This document shows, one piece after another, positions 37,250 through 46,495 of a stretch of DNA of 64,000 bases; the first letter of the stretch is position 1; every line of letters starts with the position of its first letter. Under the pieces are notes generated by a model. That model did not search any database, was not told the origin of the DNA, and was given only the letters and a program-made list of their open reading frames with translations. Position numbers and translations under genes: made by a program. This DNA is from Candidatus Saccharimonadales bacterium (lineage in GTDB: Bacteria; Patescibacteriota; Saccharimonadia; QS-5-54-17): contig JBBDUI010000002.1 of NCBI GenBank assembly GCA_040903985.1, positions 518,038 to 582,037 of the forward strand, given 5' to 3'.

Positions 37250-39370
37250 ATGATACTGTCTATCGTAATTGCCGCTGTACTCGTCCAATGTCTGATTGTA
37301 GCCTTTGTATTGTCGAAAAAAGACAAGGACGGTAGTCACGTCTTGTTTGCTTGCGCGGCGTTTTCCCTGGCGGCATGGGCATTCGCTAACTACCTCTCTA
37401 CCATACTAGTCGGAGATGCCTTGCTTTATGCCATGCGCTCAGTGATGGCTTTAGTGGTAGTGCAAAATACTTTCCTGACTTTATTCTGCTACTTCTATCC
37501 GATAGCTAGAGTTAGACGAATGGGGTGGCGACTCTATATTTACCTAGCATTCTCTCTCATTACTGTTGCCTTAACATTAACTCCTCTGGTTTTTATCGAC
37601 ACGACTTTAGTGAACGGTACACCATATCCTGAGGCTGGACCGGGAATATTAATATTTTTAATCCACGCTGTAAGCTCGGTAATAATTGGTATGGCACAGC
37701 TAGTTAAGCGTCGCCGTCGTTCTGTCGGCTCGGCTCGAGCTCAATTAGCGTTTATTATCTTGGGCGTTGCTTTACTCTGGACTATCGTACCGGTTACTAA
37801 CCTAGTGGTGACCTTGGTGCTTCAAACCACCCTCTTCATCCGGTTGAGCGCAGTATATGTTTTGATTTTCTCCTCAATTATCGCCTATACCATAGTGCGT
37901 CATCGGATGTTCGATATTCGCCTCGTAGTAGCTCGTTCCGTAGCTTATTCATTAGTGATAATCACTATGGGCTTACTGTATGGCTTTGTCGTGTTTGGGG
38001 TGGCAGAACGGCTGTTTCCTTCCTCAAATGCTACCGGACTCCAGCAAGTTTTCTATACACTTGCTGCCGTATTTCTCGCTCTAACTTTCCAGCCGATTAA
38101 ACGTTTATTCGATCGGGTTTCTGATCGAATATTCTATCGTAATCGTTACAGTTCCGAAGATGTACTGAATCGTCTCGGTAAAGTCTTTGTAACCAAAGGT
38201 AATAGCTTCGAGCTGCTCGATGATACACTACAGATTATCGTTTCTGCTCTCCGGGTTGAGTCCGGTCGTTTAATAGTGGTCGATAATAATGAGATATATG
38301 CTACGGCCCATACAGGTGATGGTATCGAAGTAGAAACGACAGCAGCTACACTCTCTCGTTTTCCCCAGCAAATAAATATCCTTGATGAAGCACATAGTTC
38401 TGATGAACAGACGCTCTTGCGTAGCTTGAAGTCCTACACCGTAGTGAGGCTGACGACGCAGAATGATCTTGTCGGCTACCTCCTGTTAGGAGCTAAGCAG
38501 TCCGGCACTATTTATACTCAGCAGGACATTAATTTGCTCGAGATTCTCGCCCAGGAACTGGCCGTGGCCGTGCAGAATGCCAAGAGTTACGAGGAGATTC
38601 AGGCTTTTTCTGAAACCCTGAAGAATGAAGTGGACGAGGCGACTGCCCAGCTCCGCGAGACTAATCAGCGGCTGATAAAACTCGATGAGGCTAAGGACGA
38701 GTTTATCTCGATGGCTTCGCACCAGCTGCGGACACCACTAACTACGATTAAGGGCTATCTATCAATGCTACTGGAAGGTGATGCCGGTAAGCTGACGAAA
38801 AAGCAGACCGACTTTATCGACTTGGCTTTCGTCAGTTCGGAGAGGATGGTGCATCTAATAGCCGACATGCTGAATGTCTCGCGCATCTCCACTGGTCGCT
38901 TAACTATCGATACTATGACGTTCGATCTAGCGGAGGTAGTAAGTAGCGAGATCGATCAGCTTCGCCGTCAGGCCGAAGCTCGAGACGTTAAACTTACTCT
39001 GCATAAATCAGATAAGTCGATTATGGTCAGGCTGGATGAGACCAAGTTACGCCAGGTTATTATGAACTTTACCGATAATGCCATCTATTACGCTCCGGAA
39101 GGGCAGGTTGATATCTACATCGAGCAGCACGACCAGACAGTTGAGTTCCGGGTTAAGGATAACGGCATCGGTGTCTCCGTTGAGGCGCAGAAGCGGCTAT
39201 TTTCGAAGTTTTTCCGAGCCGAAAATGCCCAACACGTCCGTCCCGACGGGACCGGACTGGGCCTCTATATGGCCAAGCAGGTTATTGAAGCTCAGGATGG
39301 GGAGCTGATCTTTGAAAGCACGGAGGGCAAGGGCTCGACCTTCGGCTTTCGCTTTAAGCTAAAAGATTAG
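37250..39370 (+). CDS. multi-TM sensor histidine kinase (7TM-type input, GAF, HisKA, HATPase)
   Basis: About nine TM helices; GAF-like LVGYLLLG…QDINLLEILAQELAVAVQNA; ASHQLRTPLT, DNAIYY, DNGIG, GTGLGLY. Confidence 0.92.
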   Translation: MILSIVIAAVLVQCLIVAFVLSKKDKDGSHVLFACAAFSLAAWAFANYLSTILVGDALLYAMRSVMALVVVQNTFLTLFCYFYPIARVRRMGWRLYIYLAFSLITVALTLTPLVFIDTTLVNGTPYPEAGPGILIFLIHAVSSVIIGMAQLVKRRRRSVGSARAQLAFIILGVALLWTIVPVTNLVVTLVLQTTLFIRLSAVYVLIFSSIIAYTIVRHRMFDIRLVVARSVAYSLVIITMGLLYGFVVFGVAERLFPSSNATGLQQVFYTLAAVFLALTFQPIKRLFDRVSDRIFYRNRYSSEDVLNRLGKVFVTKGNSFELLDDTLQIIVSALRVESGRLIVVDNNEIYATAHTGDGIEVETTAATLSRFPQQINILDEAHSSDEQTLLRSLKSYTVVRLTTQNDLVGYLLLGAKQSGTIYTQQDINLLEILAQELAVAVQNAKSYEEIQAFSETLKNEVDEATAQLRETNQRLIKLDEAKDEFISMASHQLRTPLTTIKGYLSMLLEGDAGKLTKKQTDFIDLAFVSSERMVHLIADMLNVSRISTGRLTIDTMTFDLAEVVSSEIDQLRRQAEARDVKLTLHKSDKSIMVRLDETKLRQVIMNFTDNAIYYAPEGQVDIYIEQHDQTVEFRVKDNGIGVSVEAQKRLFSKFFRAENAQHVRPDGTGLGLYMAKQVIEAQDGELIFESTEGKGSTFGFRFKLKD

Positions 39371-39541
39371 CATACCTATTACGGTGGCGATTGCAGCCGC
39401 AATCGTGGCTGCAATACCGCGAATTTTCAGCTTGCGACGAGAGTCTTTTCTATCCTCGTCTTCAGCGCTGTAGCGGTGAACCGTGACGGGCTGGCTATTC
39501 TGAGGCCGTGATTTGCTACGTTTCTTACGAGTTTTTGTCAT
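39359..39541 (-). CDS. small basic tail-anchored protein
   Basis: MTKTRKKRSKSR… with a C-terminal hydrophobic helix; TACAAT 6 nt before the ATG. Confidence 0.55.
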   Translation of the reverse strand: MTKTRKKRSKSRPQNSQPVTVHRYSAEDEDRKDSRRKLKIRGIAATIAAAIATVIGMLIF

Positions 39542-39604
39542 AACTATATTGTACAGCACAGTGGCAGTGTGCTAAATTTAAAATACCAAACAAAGAGCGA
39601 ACAT

Positions 39605-39916
39605 ATGAGCCATCTACCTTTTATGCCCAGTAGCGAAGACGGACTAGCCGAAGTCGCCGAGTCGGTAGCGGACTGGAAGTATCCACTGGATCTGAACCGG
39701 GCGCTATTGCCGCGGCCAGCTAGTACCTTCTTATTGCAGGCCGACAGCAACCGCTACGGTGTGCGCGCTGGAGATACGCTGGTTGTCGACCGGAGCTTGA
39801 TGCCGGCTAAAGGTGACTTAGTGATCGCTATTGAGGAGAGCGAGTTACGGTTGACGAAGTTTCCGGCGGTAGAAGTATGGGGTGTGGTTACTTATATTAT
39901 CCGAGGTTTGCGATGA
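39605..39916 (+). CDS. umuD: UmuD-like protein (degenerate S24 fold)
   Basis: LDLNRALLPRPASTF, GDTLVVDRSL, VWGVVTYII; ATGA overlap with umuC. Confidence 0.75.
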   Translation: MSHLPFMPSSEDGLAEVAESVADWKYPLDLNRALLPRPASTFLLQADSNRYGVRAGDTLVVDRSLMPAKGDLVIAIEESELRLTKFPAVEVWGVVTYIIRGLR

Positions 39917-41142
39917 TAGCTTTGGTTGACTGTAATAACTTTTTCGTGAGTTGTGAGCGAGTCTTCGATCCTGGTCTAGTGTCTCGTCCGGTAGCGGTGC
40001 TATCCAGTAACGATGGCTGTATCGTAGCTCGATCGAACGAGGTGAAGGATCTCGGGGTGACTATGGGCGCACCGGCTTTTAAGTACAAGGAGCTGCTGGT
40101 TCGACACCGGGTGGTACTAAAGTCGTCCAACTTCGCGCTTTATAGCGATATGTCACGCCGGGTGATGGCTACTCTGCGTGAGTACACGCCAGAAGTAGAG
40201 ATATACTCGGTCGACGAGGCCTTTTTGCCTTTAGCGGGTGAGCAGGGTTATTTAGAGTGGGCTCAGGAGCTGAGAGACAAGGTAGGGCGCGATACTGGTA
40301 TCCCGGTCAGTGTCGGAGTAGCTAGCACCCGAACACTGGCTAAGGCGGCGGCTACTTTATCAAAACGTCGGAGTGGGGTATTAAGTTTCGCTGATTTGTC
40401 CGAGTCGGAGGTGGATGACTATTTGCGCGACCTACCGGTCGGGGATGTCTGGGGCATCGGACGCAAACTCAATCGGACGCTGCAGGCTTATCAGGTCCGT
40501 ACGGCCTACGGCTTGCGCGAGCTACCAGAAGGTGTTCTAAGCCAGCTCAGTGTATCCGTGCGCCGCACAGTTCAAGAGTTACGTGGGGAGGCAGCAGCGG
40601 CTCATAAAGCCGCTCGACCTAAGAGTATGGTTAGCACCCGCTCCTTCAGTAGTCCGATTGTGGAGTTAGCGGAGGTACGAGAAGCGCTCAGCTCCCATGC
40701 CGCTACACTGGCAGCTAAACTGCGCCGTGAGGACATGACCACCCGTACGTTATCTGCCTTCATCGCTACCGGTGCGTATGAGGGCTACCGGAAAGCTAGT
40801 TTAAATCTAGCCATCCCGACAAGTAGCACAAGTGAGCTAGTCCGCGCGGCTGGTGAGTTGGCCGAGCAGGTTTATCGCTCGGGTTTGCGTTATAAGAAGG
40901 CTGGTGTGATGGCGTATGAGTTGGTACCGATAGAAGCGCGGCAGCTAGCTCTAGACAGTGCGTTAGATGAGATCAAGGCGGGGGAGAAAATAGATAGCGC
41001 TCTAGATACTATCAACCGACGTTGGGGTCCACATGCCTTACAAGTAGCGGCCGAGGGTTGGAATCAAAGCTGGCAGCCCAGACACGCTCTACGTTCACCA
41101 CGCTACACCACGGAGTGGGATGAGCTGAAGTTAGTAGGTTAG
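39913..41142 (+). CDS. umuC: Y-family DNA polymerase V subunit UmuC
   Basis: ALVDCNNFFVSCE, LSSNDGCIVARS, YSVDEAF, DVWGIG, RSPRYTT. Confidence 0.92.
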   Translation: MIALVDCNNFFVSCERVFDPGLVSRPVAVLSSNDGCIVARSNEVKDLGVTMGAPAFKYKELLVRHRVVLKSSNFALYSDMSRRVMATLREYTPEVEIYSVDEAFLPLAGEQGYLEWAQELRDKVGRDTGIPVSVGVASTRTLAKAAATLSKRRSGVLSFADLSESEVDDYLRDLPVGDVWGIGRKLNRTLQAYQVRTAYGLRELPEGVLSQLSVSVRRTVQELRGEAAAAHKAARPKSMVSTRSFSSPIVELAEVREALSSHAATLAAKLRREDMTTRTLSAFIATGAYEGYRKASLNLAIPTSSTSELVRAAGELAEQVYRSGLRYKKAGVMAYELVPIEARQLALDSALDEIKAGEKIDSALDTINRRWGPHALQVAAEGWNQSWQPRHALRSPRYTTEWDELKLVG

Positions 41143-41210
41143 TCAAACTGTTGCCCAATCGGTAAATATTTGTACAATGTATGAGTAGTGTTGGAGCGAG
41201 CTCAAATGAA

Positions 41211-41288
41211 GGCCCCGTCGTCTAGCCCGGTCTAGGACGCCAGGTTTTCATCCTGGTAACGCGGGTTCAAATCCCGCCGGGGTCACCA
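41211..41288 (+). tRNA. tRNA-Glu(TTC)
   Basis: GGCCCCG/CGGGGTC stem, CCAGG-TTTTCAT-CCTGG, ACCA. Confidence 0.95.
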
Positions 41289-41354
41289 TTTGAGTTTATA
41301 CACCGTAAGCTGAGGCTTACACTGGGGCGGATAGCTTGCTACACTAGGTAAGAA

Positions 41355-42758
41355 ATGGCAGTAAAATTCAAACGCACCAAAATCATCGCTAGTTTCGGTC
41401 CGTCTTCTGATGAGCCAGAGATTGTTAAGCGGCTCCTTAAGGCCGGAGTCAACGGCGTTCGACTTAACTTTTCACATGGTACTCACGAAAGTCATGGTCA
41501 ACACATTAAGCGGGCCCGTGATGCAGCTAAAGAGATAGGTAAGCCGATCGCTATCATTGCTGATCTGCAGGGACCGAAGATACGTATCGGAGAACTACCT
41601 AGCGGCGGCATCGATCTAGAGGTTGGCGATGAGGTGGCGTTTGCTCATCAAGCAGACTATGGCGCCAGTGGCATCATTCCTGTCCAGTACGATTTAAGCA
41701 GCAAGGTAAAGCCGGGCGAGATCATCTTTCTCTTCGACGGGAATCTTCAGGTCGAAGTAACAGCCGTGAAAAAAGAGGTTATCCACACTAAGGTTTTAGC
41801 TGGTGGCCACTTAACTTCGCGTAAAGGCATTAATCTACCTGATACTGATCTCGGTGGCGATATCCTAACTACTAAAGATTACGCCGATATCGCCTTTGCG
41901 GTCGAGAACGATATCGACTATATCGCTATGTCGTTTGTGCAGCGCGCTAGTGATATCGAAGGTTTACGCGATCACCTGAAGCAACTTAAAAGTGATATTA
42001 AGATAATTGCTAAGGTTGAGACTAAGGCGGCGGTCGAGAATATCGAGTCAATCGTAGCGGTTAGTGACGGCGTGATGGTAGCTCGGGGGGATCTGGCTAT
42101 CGAGGTCGGTCCAGAGGTAGTCCCAATCGTTCAACGTCAGATCATCGGTCTAGCCCAACAGTACGGAGTGATAGCGATCGTAGCTACTCAAATGCTAGCC
42201 AGTATGACTTCTTCCCCGCAACCGACTCGAGCTGAAGTATCCGATATTGCTACAGCTGTCATCTGTGGCGCAGATTGTTTGATGTTGAGCGACGAGACAG
42301 CTGCCGGTGATTTCCCGGTCGAGGCAGTTCGGTTAATGAAGCGAGTTAGCCTCTATGCTGAGGATAACTCACCGGTTGAGCCGCTCTATATAAATATGGA
42401 GGACCATACCCGCGGTAGCGCTATAGCTTCGGCCGCTATCACCCTAGCTCACCAGGTTCAGGCCAAAGCAATCATTGCTGAGACCGCTACCGGTCGGACG
42501 GCCTTAAACATTGCCGCCCACCGTCCGCAAATGCCGATCATCATGGCTACTAACAACCGTCGGGTAGCCCAGCAGTTAGCTATCGTTTACGGTGGCAAGT
42601 CGTACTTCTTTAAGAGTCCTCGTAATGCCGGCGAGAGAGCCATCGAACATTTCAAGCAGCATGGTTACTTCGTCCCAGGCGACGTAGCTGTATTAACGTA
42701 TGGTGAACATCCCGGTGTAACTGGCGGGACAGACACTATTAAGGTGCGGCAGTTATAA
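41355..42758 (+). CDS. pyk: pyruvate kinase
   Basis: RTKIIASFGP, RLNFSHG, DLQGPKIR, MVARGDL, ATQML, MLSDETA. Confidence 0.96.
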   Translation: MAVKFKRTKIIASFGPSSDEPEIVKRLLKAGVNGVRLNFSHGTHESHGQHIKRARDAAKEIGKPIAIIADLQGPKIRIGELPSGGIDLEVGDEVAFAHQADYGASGIIPVQYDLSSKVKPGEIIFLFDGNLQVEVTAVKKEVIHTKVLAGGHLTSRKGINLPDTDLGGDILTTKDYADIAFAVENDIDYIAMSFVQRASDIEGLRDHLKQLKSDIKIIAKVETKAAVENIESIVAVSDGVMVARGDLAIEVGPEVVPIVQRQIIGLAQQYGVIAIVATQMLASMTSSPQPTRAEVSDIATAVICGADCLMLSDETAAGDFPVEAVRLMKRVSLYAEDNSPVEPLYINMEDHTRGSAIASAAITLAHQVQAKAIIAETATGRTALNIAAHRPQMPIIMATNNRRVAQQLAIVYGGKSYFFKSPRNAGERAIEHFKQHGYFVPGDVAVLTYGEHPGVTGGTDTIKVRQL

Positions 42759-43981
42759 TGAGAACCTTGCACGACATCGACCTCCAGGGCAAGACTGTTC
42801 TGCTACGGGCCGACTACAACGTGCCGCTCGAGAACGGTAAAATTACCGACGACTATCGTGTGCTGCAGTCATTACCGACCATAGAGTATTTACTTAAGCA
42901 GCAGTGCCGGATAGTTATCCTTAGCCACTTAGGGCGTCCCGAAGGACAGCGAAATGATAAATACTCTTTGCGACCTGTGGCGATTCATTTGGCACAATTA
43001 CTTAAGCGAGCGGTGGTTTTAGCTGATTCTCCTGCGGACGTCGATACCGCGGCCAACCAAGTGACTTTACTGGAAAACTTACGCTTTTGGCCAGGAGAAG
43101 AGGCTAATGATGTCGGATTTGCACAGGAGCTGGCCGAACTGGGTGAAGTGTTCGTGCAGGATGGTTTTGGCGTGGTGCACCGGGCTCATGCCTCAACGGC
43201 TGCGATTGCACAGTATTTACCTAGTGTGGCTGGGCTACTGCTAGATAAAGAAGTAGCCTTCATCACCGATGCGATGGAAAGTCCTAAGCGCCCCTTAGTG
43301 GTGATATTTGGCGGAGCAAAAATCTCAGATAAGATTCAGGTTATCGAACGTTTTATCGATCGTGCCGATTCGATTTTAATTGGCGGTGCGATGGCAAACA
43401 CCTTCCTAGCTTATGCTGGTTTACCGATAGGTAAGAGCATCTACGAGCCTGGACAGGAGGAGATGATTGAGGGGTTATTACATAAGGTGCTCGAGAAAGA
43501 GGAGACCGACTGTAGTGCTTGTCGAGACCTTACGGACCATAACGAGTTACTGGCGGCTCAACACACCATCGATATACCGACCGATGTCGCGGTTGCTCCG
43601 GCTATCGAGGAATCGGCTCGCCGCAGGATCGTAACTACTGATGCGGTAGGGGAGGATGAGTATATCCTCGATCTCGGCCCAGAAACGATCCGTCATTATC
43701 AGGAAATATTAGCTGCGGCCGGTACGGTCGTCTGGAATGGTCCGGTCGGTTATACCGAGTTGAGTCAGTTCAGGGAGGGGTCAAATCTGTTAGCGACTAC
43801 TTTAAAGGAGCACAAAGATTACTTGCAGAGCATCATCGGGGGAGGCGACACGGCTGGTTTCGTCCTCAGCTGGGACGTTGATGCAGGCGGTAGCTTTAGT
43901 CATGTCTCAACCGGAGGTGGGGCAGCGCTAGATCTTATGGCCGGCAAGGAACTACCCGGTATCGCTGCTTTATCCGACTGA
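42758..43981 (+). CDS. pgk: phosphoglycerate kinase
   Basis: RADYNVP, SHLGRP, HRAHAS, GGAKISDK, HVSTGGGA. Confidence 0.96.
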   Translation: MRTLHDIDLQGKTVLLRADYNVPLENGKITDDYRVLQSLPTIEYLLKQQCRIVILSHLGRPEGQRNDKYSLRPVAIHLAQLLKRAVVLADSPADVDTAANQVTLLENLRFWPGEEANDVGFAQELAELGEVFVQDGFGVVHRAHASTAAIAQYLPSVAGLLLDKEVAFITDAMESPKRPLVVIFGGAKISDKIQVIERFIDRADSILIGGAMANTFLAYAGLPIGKSIYEPGQEEMIEGLLHKVLEKEETDCSACRDLTDHNELLAAQHTIDIPTDVAVAPAIEESARRRIVTTDAVGEDEYILDLGPETIRHYQEILAAAGTVVWNGPVGYTELSQFREGSNLLATTLKEHKDYLQSIIGGGDTAGFVLSWDVDAGGSFSHVSTGGGAALDLMAGKELPGIAALSD

Positions 43982-44041
43982 TATTTCGATCTGTTTCGTT
44001 TGCTCTCCTGGGCACGGCGCAGTACACTAAGGTTAAGCACT

Positions 44042-44800
44042 ATGAGTAAGACGTTAATTGCTGGGAACTGGAAGATGCATCTCACCGCTGAGCAATCGCG
44101 GGGCTTAGCTGAACGGGTCGAGAAAACTGCTGTTAAGTATTCTAAGGCGGTAGATGTAGTAGTCTGTCCTACCCACGTCTGCCTTCCCGCTGTTGCCGCA
44201 GTAACTAAGAAGCTCTCGGTCGGGGCACAGAACATCTACTTCGCTGATGAAGGAGCATTTACTGGGGAAGTATCGGCCAACCAAGTTAAAGAGTTCGTTC
44301 GCTATGTTATCGTTGGCCATTCGGAACGACGTCACGTTTTTGGTGAGCTGAATGAGATGGTAGCTCGAAAAGCGGCCGCCTGTCTGCGTCATAACTTAAC
44401 TCCGATTATCTGTGTCGGCGAGATTGGCTACGAGCGAGATCACGGTGAGACGGTGCAGGTCTTAAACGACCAGATTGCTACCGGCTTAACCATGCTGACA
44501 GCAGCAGAAATCGAGCAGATAGTTATCGCATATGAGCCGGTCTGGGCGATTGGTACCGGTGAGAATGCTAAGCCGGAGGATGTAGCAGCTGCTGCCCGAA
44601 CTATTAATCAGGCTATCCAGGAGATGTTCGGGGCCGCAGCCGCCAGTAAGTGCCGTATACTCTATGGCGGTAGTGTGACCGCCGCCACCGCCGCCAGCTA
44701 CTTGGCACTAGAAGAGATTAGTGGTCTTTTAGTCGGCGGAGCTAGTTTAAATGAACATGAATTTAATGACATAGTGGAGCAAGCCAGCCATGACAAATAA
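44042..44800 (+). CDS. tpiA: triosephosphate isomerase
   Basis: IAGNWKM, GHSERR, AYEPVWAIGTG, LYGGSV; start MSKT at 44042. Confidence 0.96.
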   Translation: MSKTLIAGNWKMHLTAEQSRGLAERVEKTAVKYSKAVDVVVCPTHVCLPAVAAVTKKLSVGAQNIYFADEGAFTGEVSANQVKEFVRYVIVGHSERRHVFGELNEMVARKAAACLRHNLTPIICVGEIGYERDHGETVQVLNDQIATGLTMLTAAEIEQIVIAYEPVWAIGTGENAKPEDVAAAARTINQAIQEMFGAAAASKCRILYGGSVTAATAASYLALEEISGLLVGGASLNEHEFNDIVEQASHDK

Positions 44801-45422
44801 AGCTAACAAAGTTAATATCTCGATTGGTGGTTCGTCTTCGACCACTGCCGCCGCAAATACGCCGCAAATCAGTAGTTTCCGTAAGCAGTCATCAGTAACG
44901 CCACCTCCCCCTTCTGATAAAGCTAAATCGGTCACCACTCCCGCCCGTGCCGCCAGCACAGCTAAGAAGGTCAGCCCACCGCATCCCATCCTGCATCATC
45001 CCGACGCGAAAGATCTAGACGGCGGCTTCACCGCTGACATGTATAAGCCGGGTCAGAAGATCGATCCGACTAGTGCCAAGCAGGCCGTGCCAAAGCAGGC
45101 TAGGACTTTAGATGGAACTGTTTTCTCTAAACCTACTGCCGCCGCTCCTAATGCAGCCGAGACCGACTCCCTCTATGACTCCGACGAAGACTTCTACACG
45201 AGTAAGCTCGATCCGAAGCGGCGACACCAGACGCCTAGCTTAGAGAAAACAATTGATAGCGCCCGAGTCAATCCATTCACATTGGTACGTTTCTGGGTTA
45301 TTTTGGCTATATTCTTACTGACAGCTACGACCGGCCTAGTGATGCTATACCAGCTGGAACAGGTTAACGCCGGTTCAGGCATCATCTTCGAATGGACTGC
45401 TTGGTTCCAGCGGATTTTATAA
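44790..45422 (+). CDS. hypothetical protein, disordered N-terminus and C-terminal TM
   Basis: Ser/Thr/Pro/Ala-rich region followed by a hydrophobic helix; overlaps the tpiA stop. Confidence 0.65.
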   Translation: MTNKANKVNISIGGSSSTTAAANTPQISSFRKQSSVTPPPPSDKAKSVTTPARAASTAKKVSPPHPILHHPDAKDLDGGFTADMYKPGQKIDPTSAKQAVPKQARTLDGTVFSKPTAAAPNAAETDSLYDSDEDFYTSKLDPKRRHQTPSLEKTIDSARVNPFTLVRFWVILAIFLLTATTGLVMLYQLEQVNAGSGIIFEWTAWFQRIL

Positions 45423-45443
45423 GTGGTATAAGGCGGGACATTA

Positions 45444-46424
45444 ATGAGTAAGGAAGAGCCGAAGCAAGCCGCGGAAGTTATAGTGCAGTCAAAGCGCAGC
45501 CGTAAATGGTGGCTGGTAGGCGCCTCGATTCTGCTGGCAGCGGTATTCGGGGCCGTGGTCGCTTTTGGTGCCTACCTTCAATACATCACCCCTCAACAGG
45601 CACCGCACTCCTACTTTGAGCGCCTGGCGGATGCTAATTCGGCCGAGTACGAGCTGGAGCTAGTAGTCGGTGAGAGTGAGGGTGAATTTAATCTCACGGG
45701 CAGCGGTGAATTTGCCGATCTAACGACAGATGAGACACAGCTTTCTTTCTATGGCGGGCTGACGGCTACGGAGCTGCCTTTTAGTTTGGCTCTCGACTTT
45801 CGCCTCATAGCCGACAATCTGTATCTGCGCAGTTCCGAGATCGATATTTTTAAGGTTTTTCTGCCCACTCTAGAGGCCGATACTTGGTATAGTTGGCAGT
45901 TTGAACCTGAGGATACTAGCGAGCTATCTGGCCGTAGTTGCTCAGTGGCAGACACTACAGCCATAAAACGTTATGCAGCAGAGGATTTGAGCGATCGCGT
46001 GGAGCTAGAGGATGCCCGCCGGCATAACTGGCTCCCTATTGAGCGTAATGGTCACCAGATTATTCACTACAGCGGCATCGTTCCCGGTAGGGTATTTGCA
46101 GCCATCGCAGCTGACCTGCGCGACGTGACGAGTGACGACTGCATTACTCTAGGGGACAGTGATGAGCTCGATGCCGCTCAAATGCAGCTGGGCTACGATA
46201 TCTACACTGGCCAAGACTATGATGAGGCAGTGGTTAAGATATTAGACAAAGGTAAGCAGGTAGCCAGCTTCAGTCTAACCACCCGAGGCTATGCCTATGA
46301 CGTGGAGCTGGAAATCCCGGAGAACTCTAAGTCATTAGAATCGTTATGGGAGGATCTCTCTGCCAGTTATAACTTTACTGGTCAGCTAGAAAGTAGTTCT
46401 AGCGACGGCTTCTTAGGGTTATAA
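45444..46424 (+). CDS. hypothetical membrane-anchored exported protein
   Basis: N-terminal TM, then an acidic beta-rich domain. Confidence 0.7.
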   Translation: MSKEEPKQAAEVIVQSKRSRKWWLVGASILLAAVFGAVVAFGAYLQYITPQQAPHSYFERLADANSAEYELELVVGESEGEFNLTGSGEFADLTTDETQLSFYGGLTATELPFSLALDFRLIADNLYLRSSEIDIFKVFLPTLEADTWYSWQFEPEDTSELSGRSCSVADTTAIKRYAAEDLSDRVELEDARRHNWLPIERNGHQIIHYSGIVPGRVFAAIAADLRDVTSDDCITLGDSDELDAAQMQLGYDIYTGQDYDEAVVKILDKGKQVASFSLTTRGYAYDVELEIPENSKSLESLWEDLSASYNFTGQLESSSSDGFLGL

Positions 46425-46495
46425 TCGCGCCTATTATTAGTAGATAGTGGATAACTCGCTAGATTGAGCTCAAGCTACGGGTTACACTTAAATAT

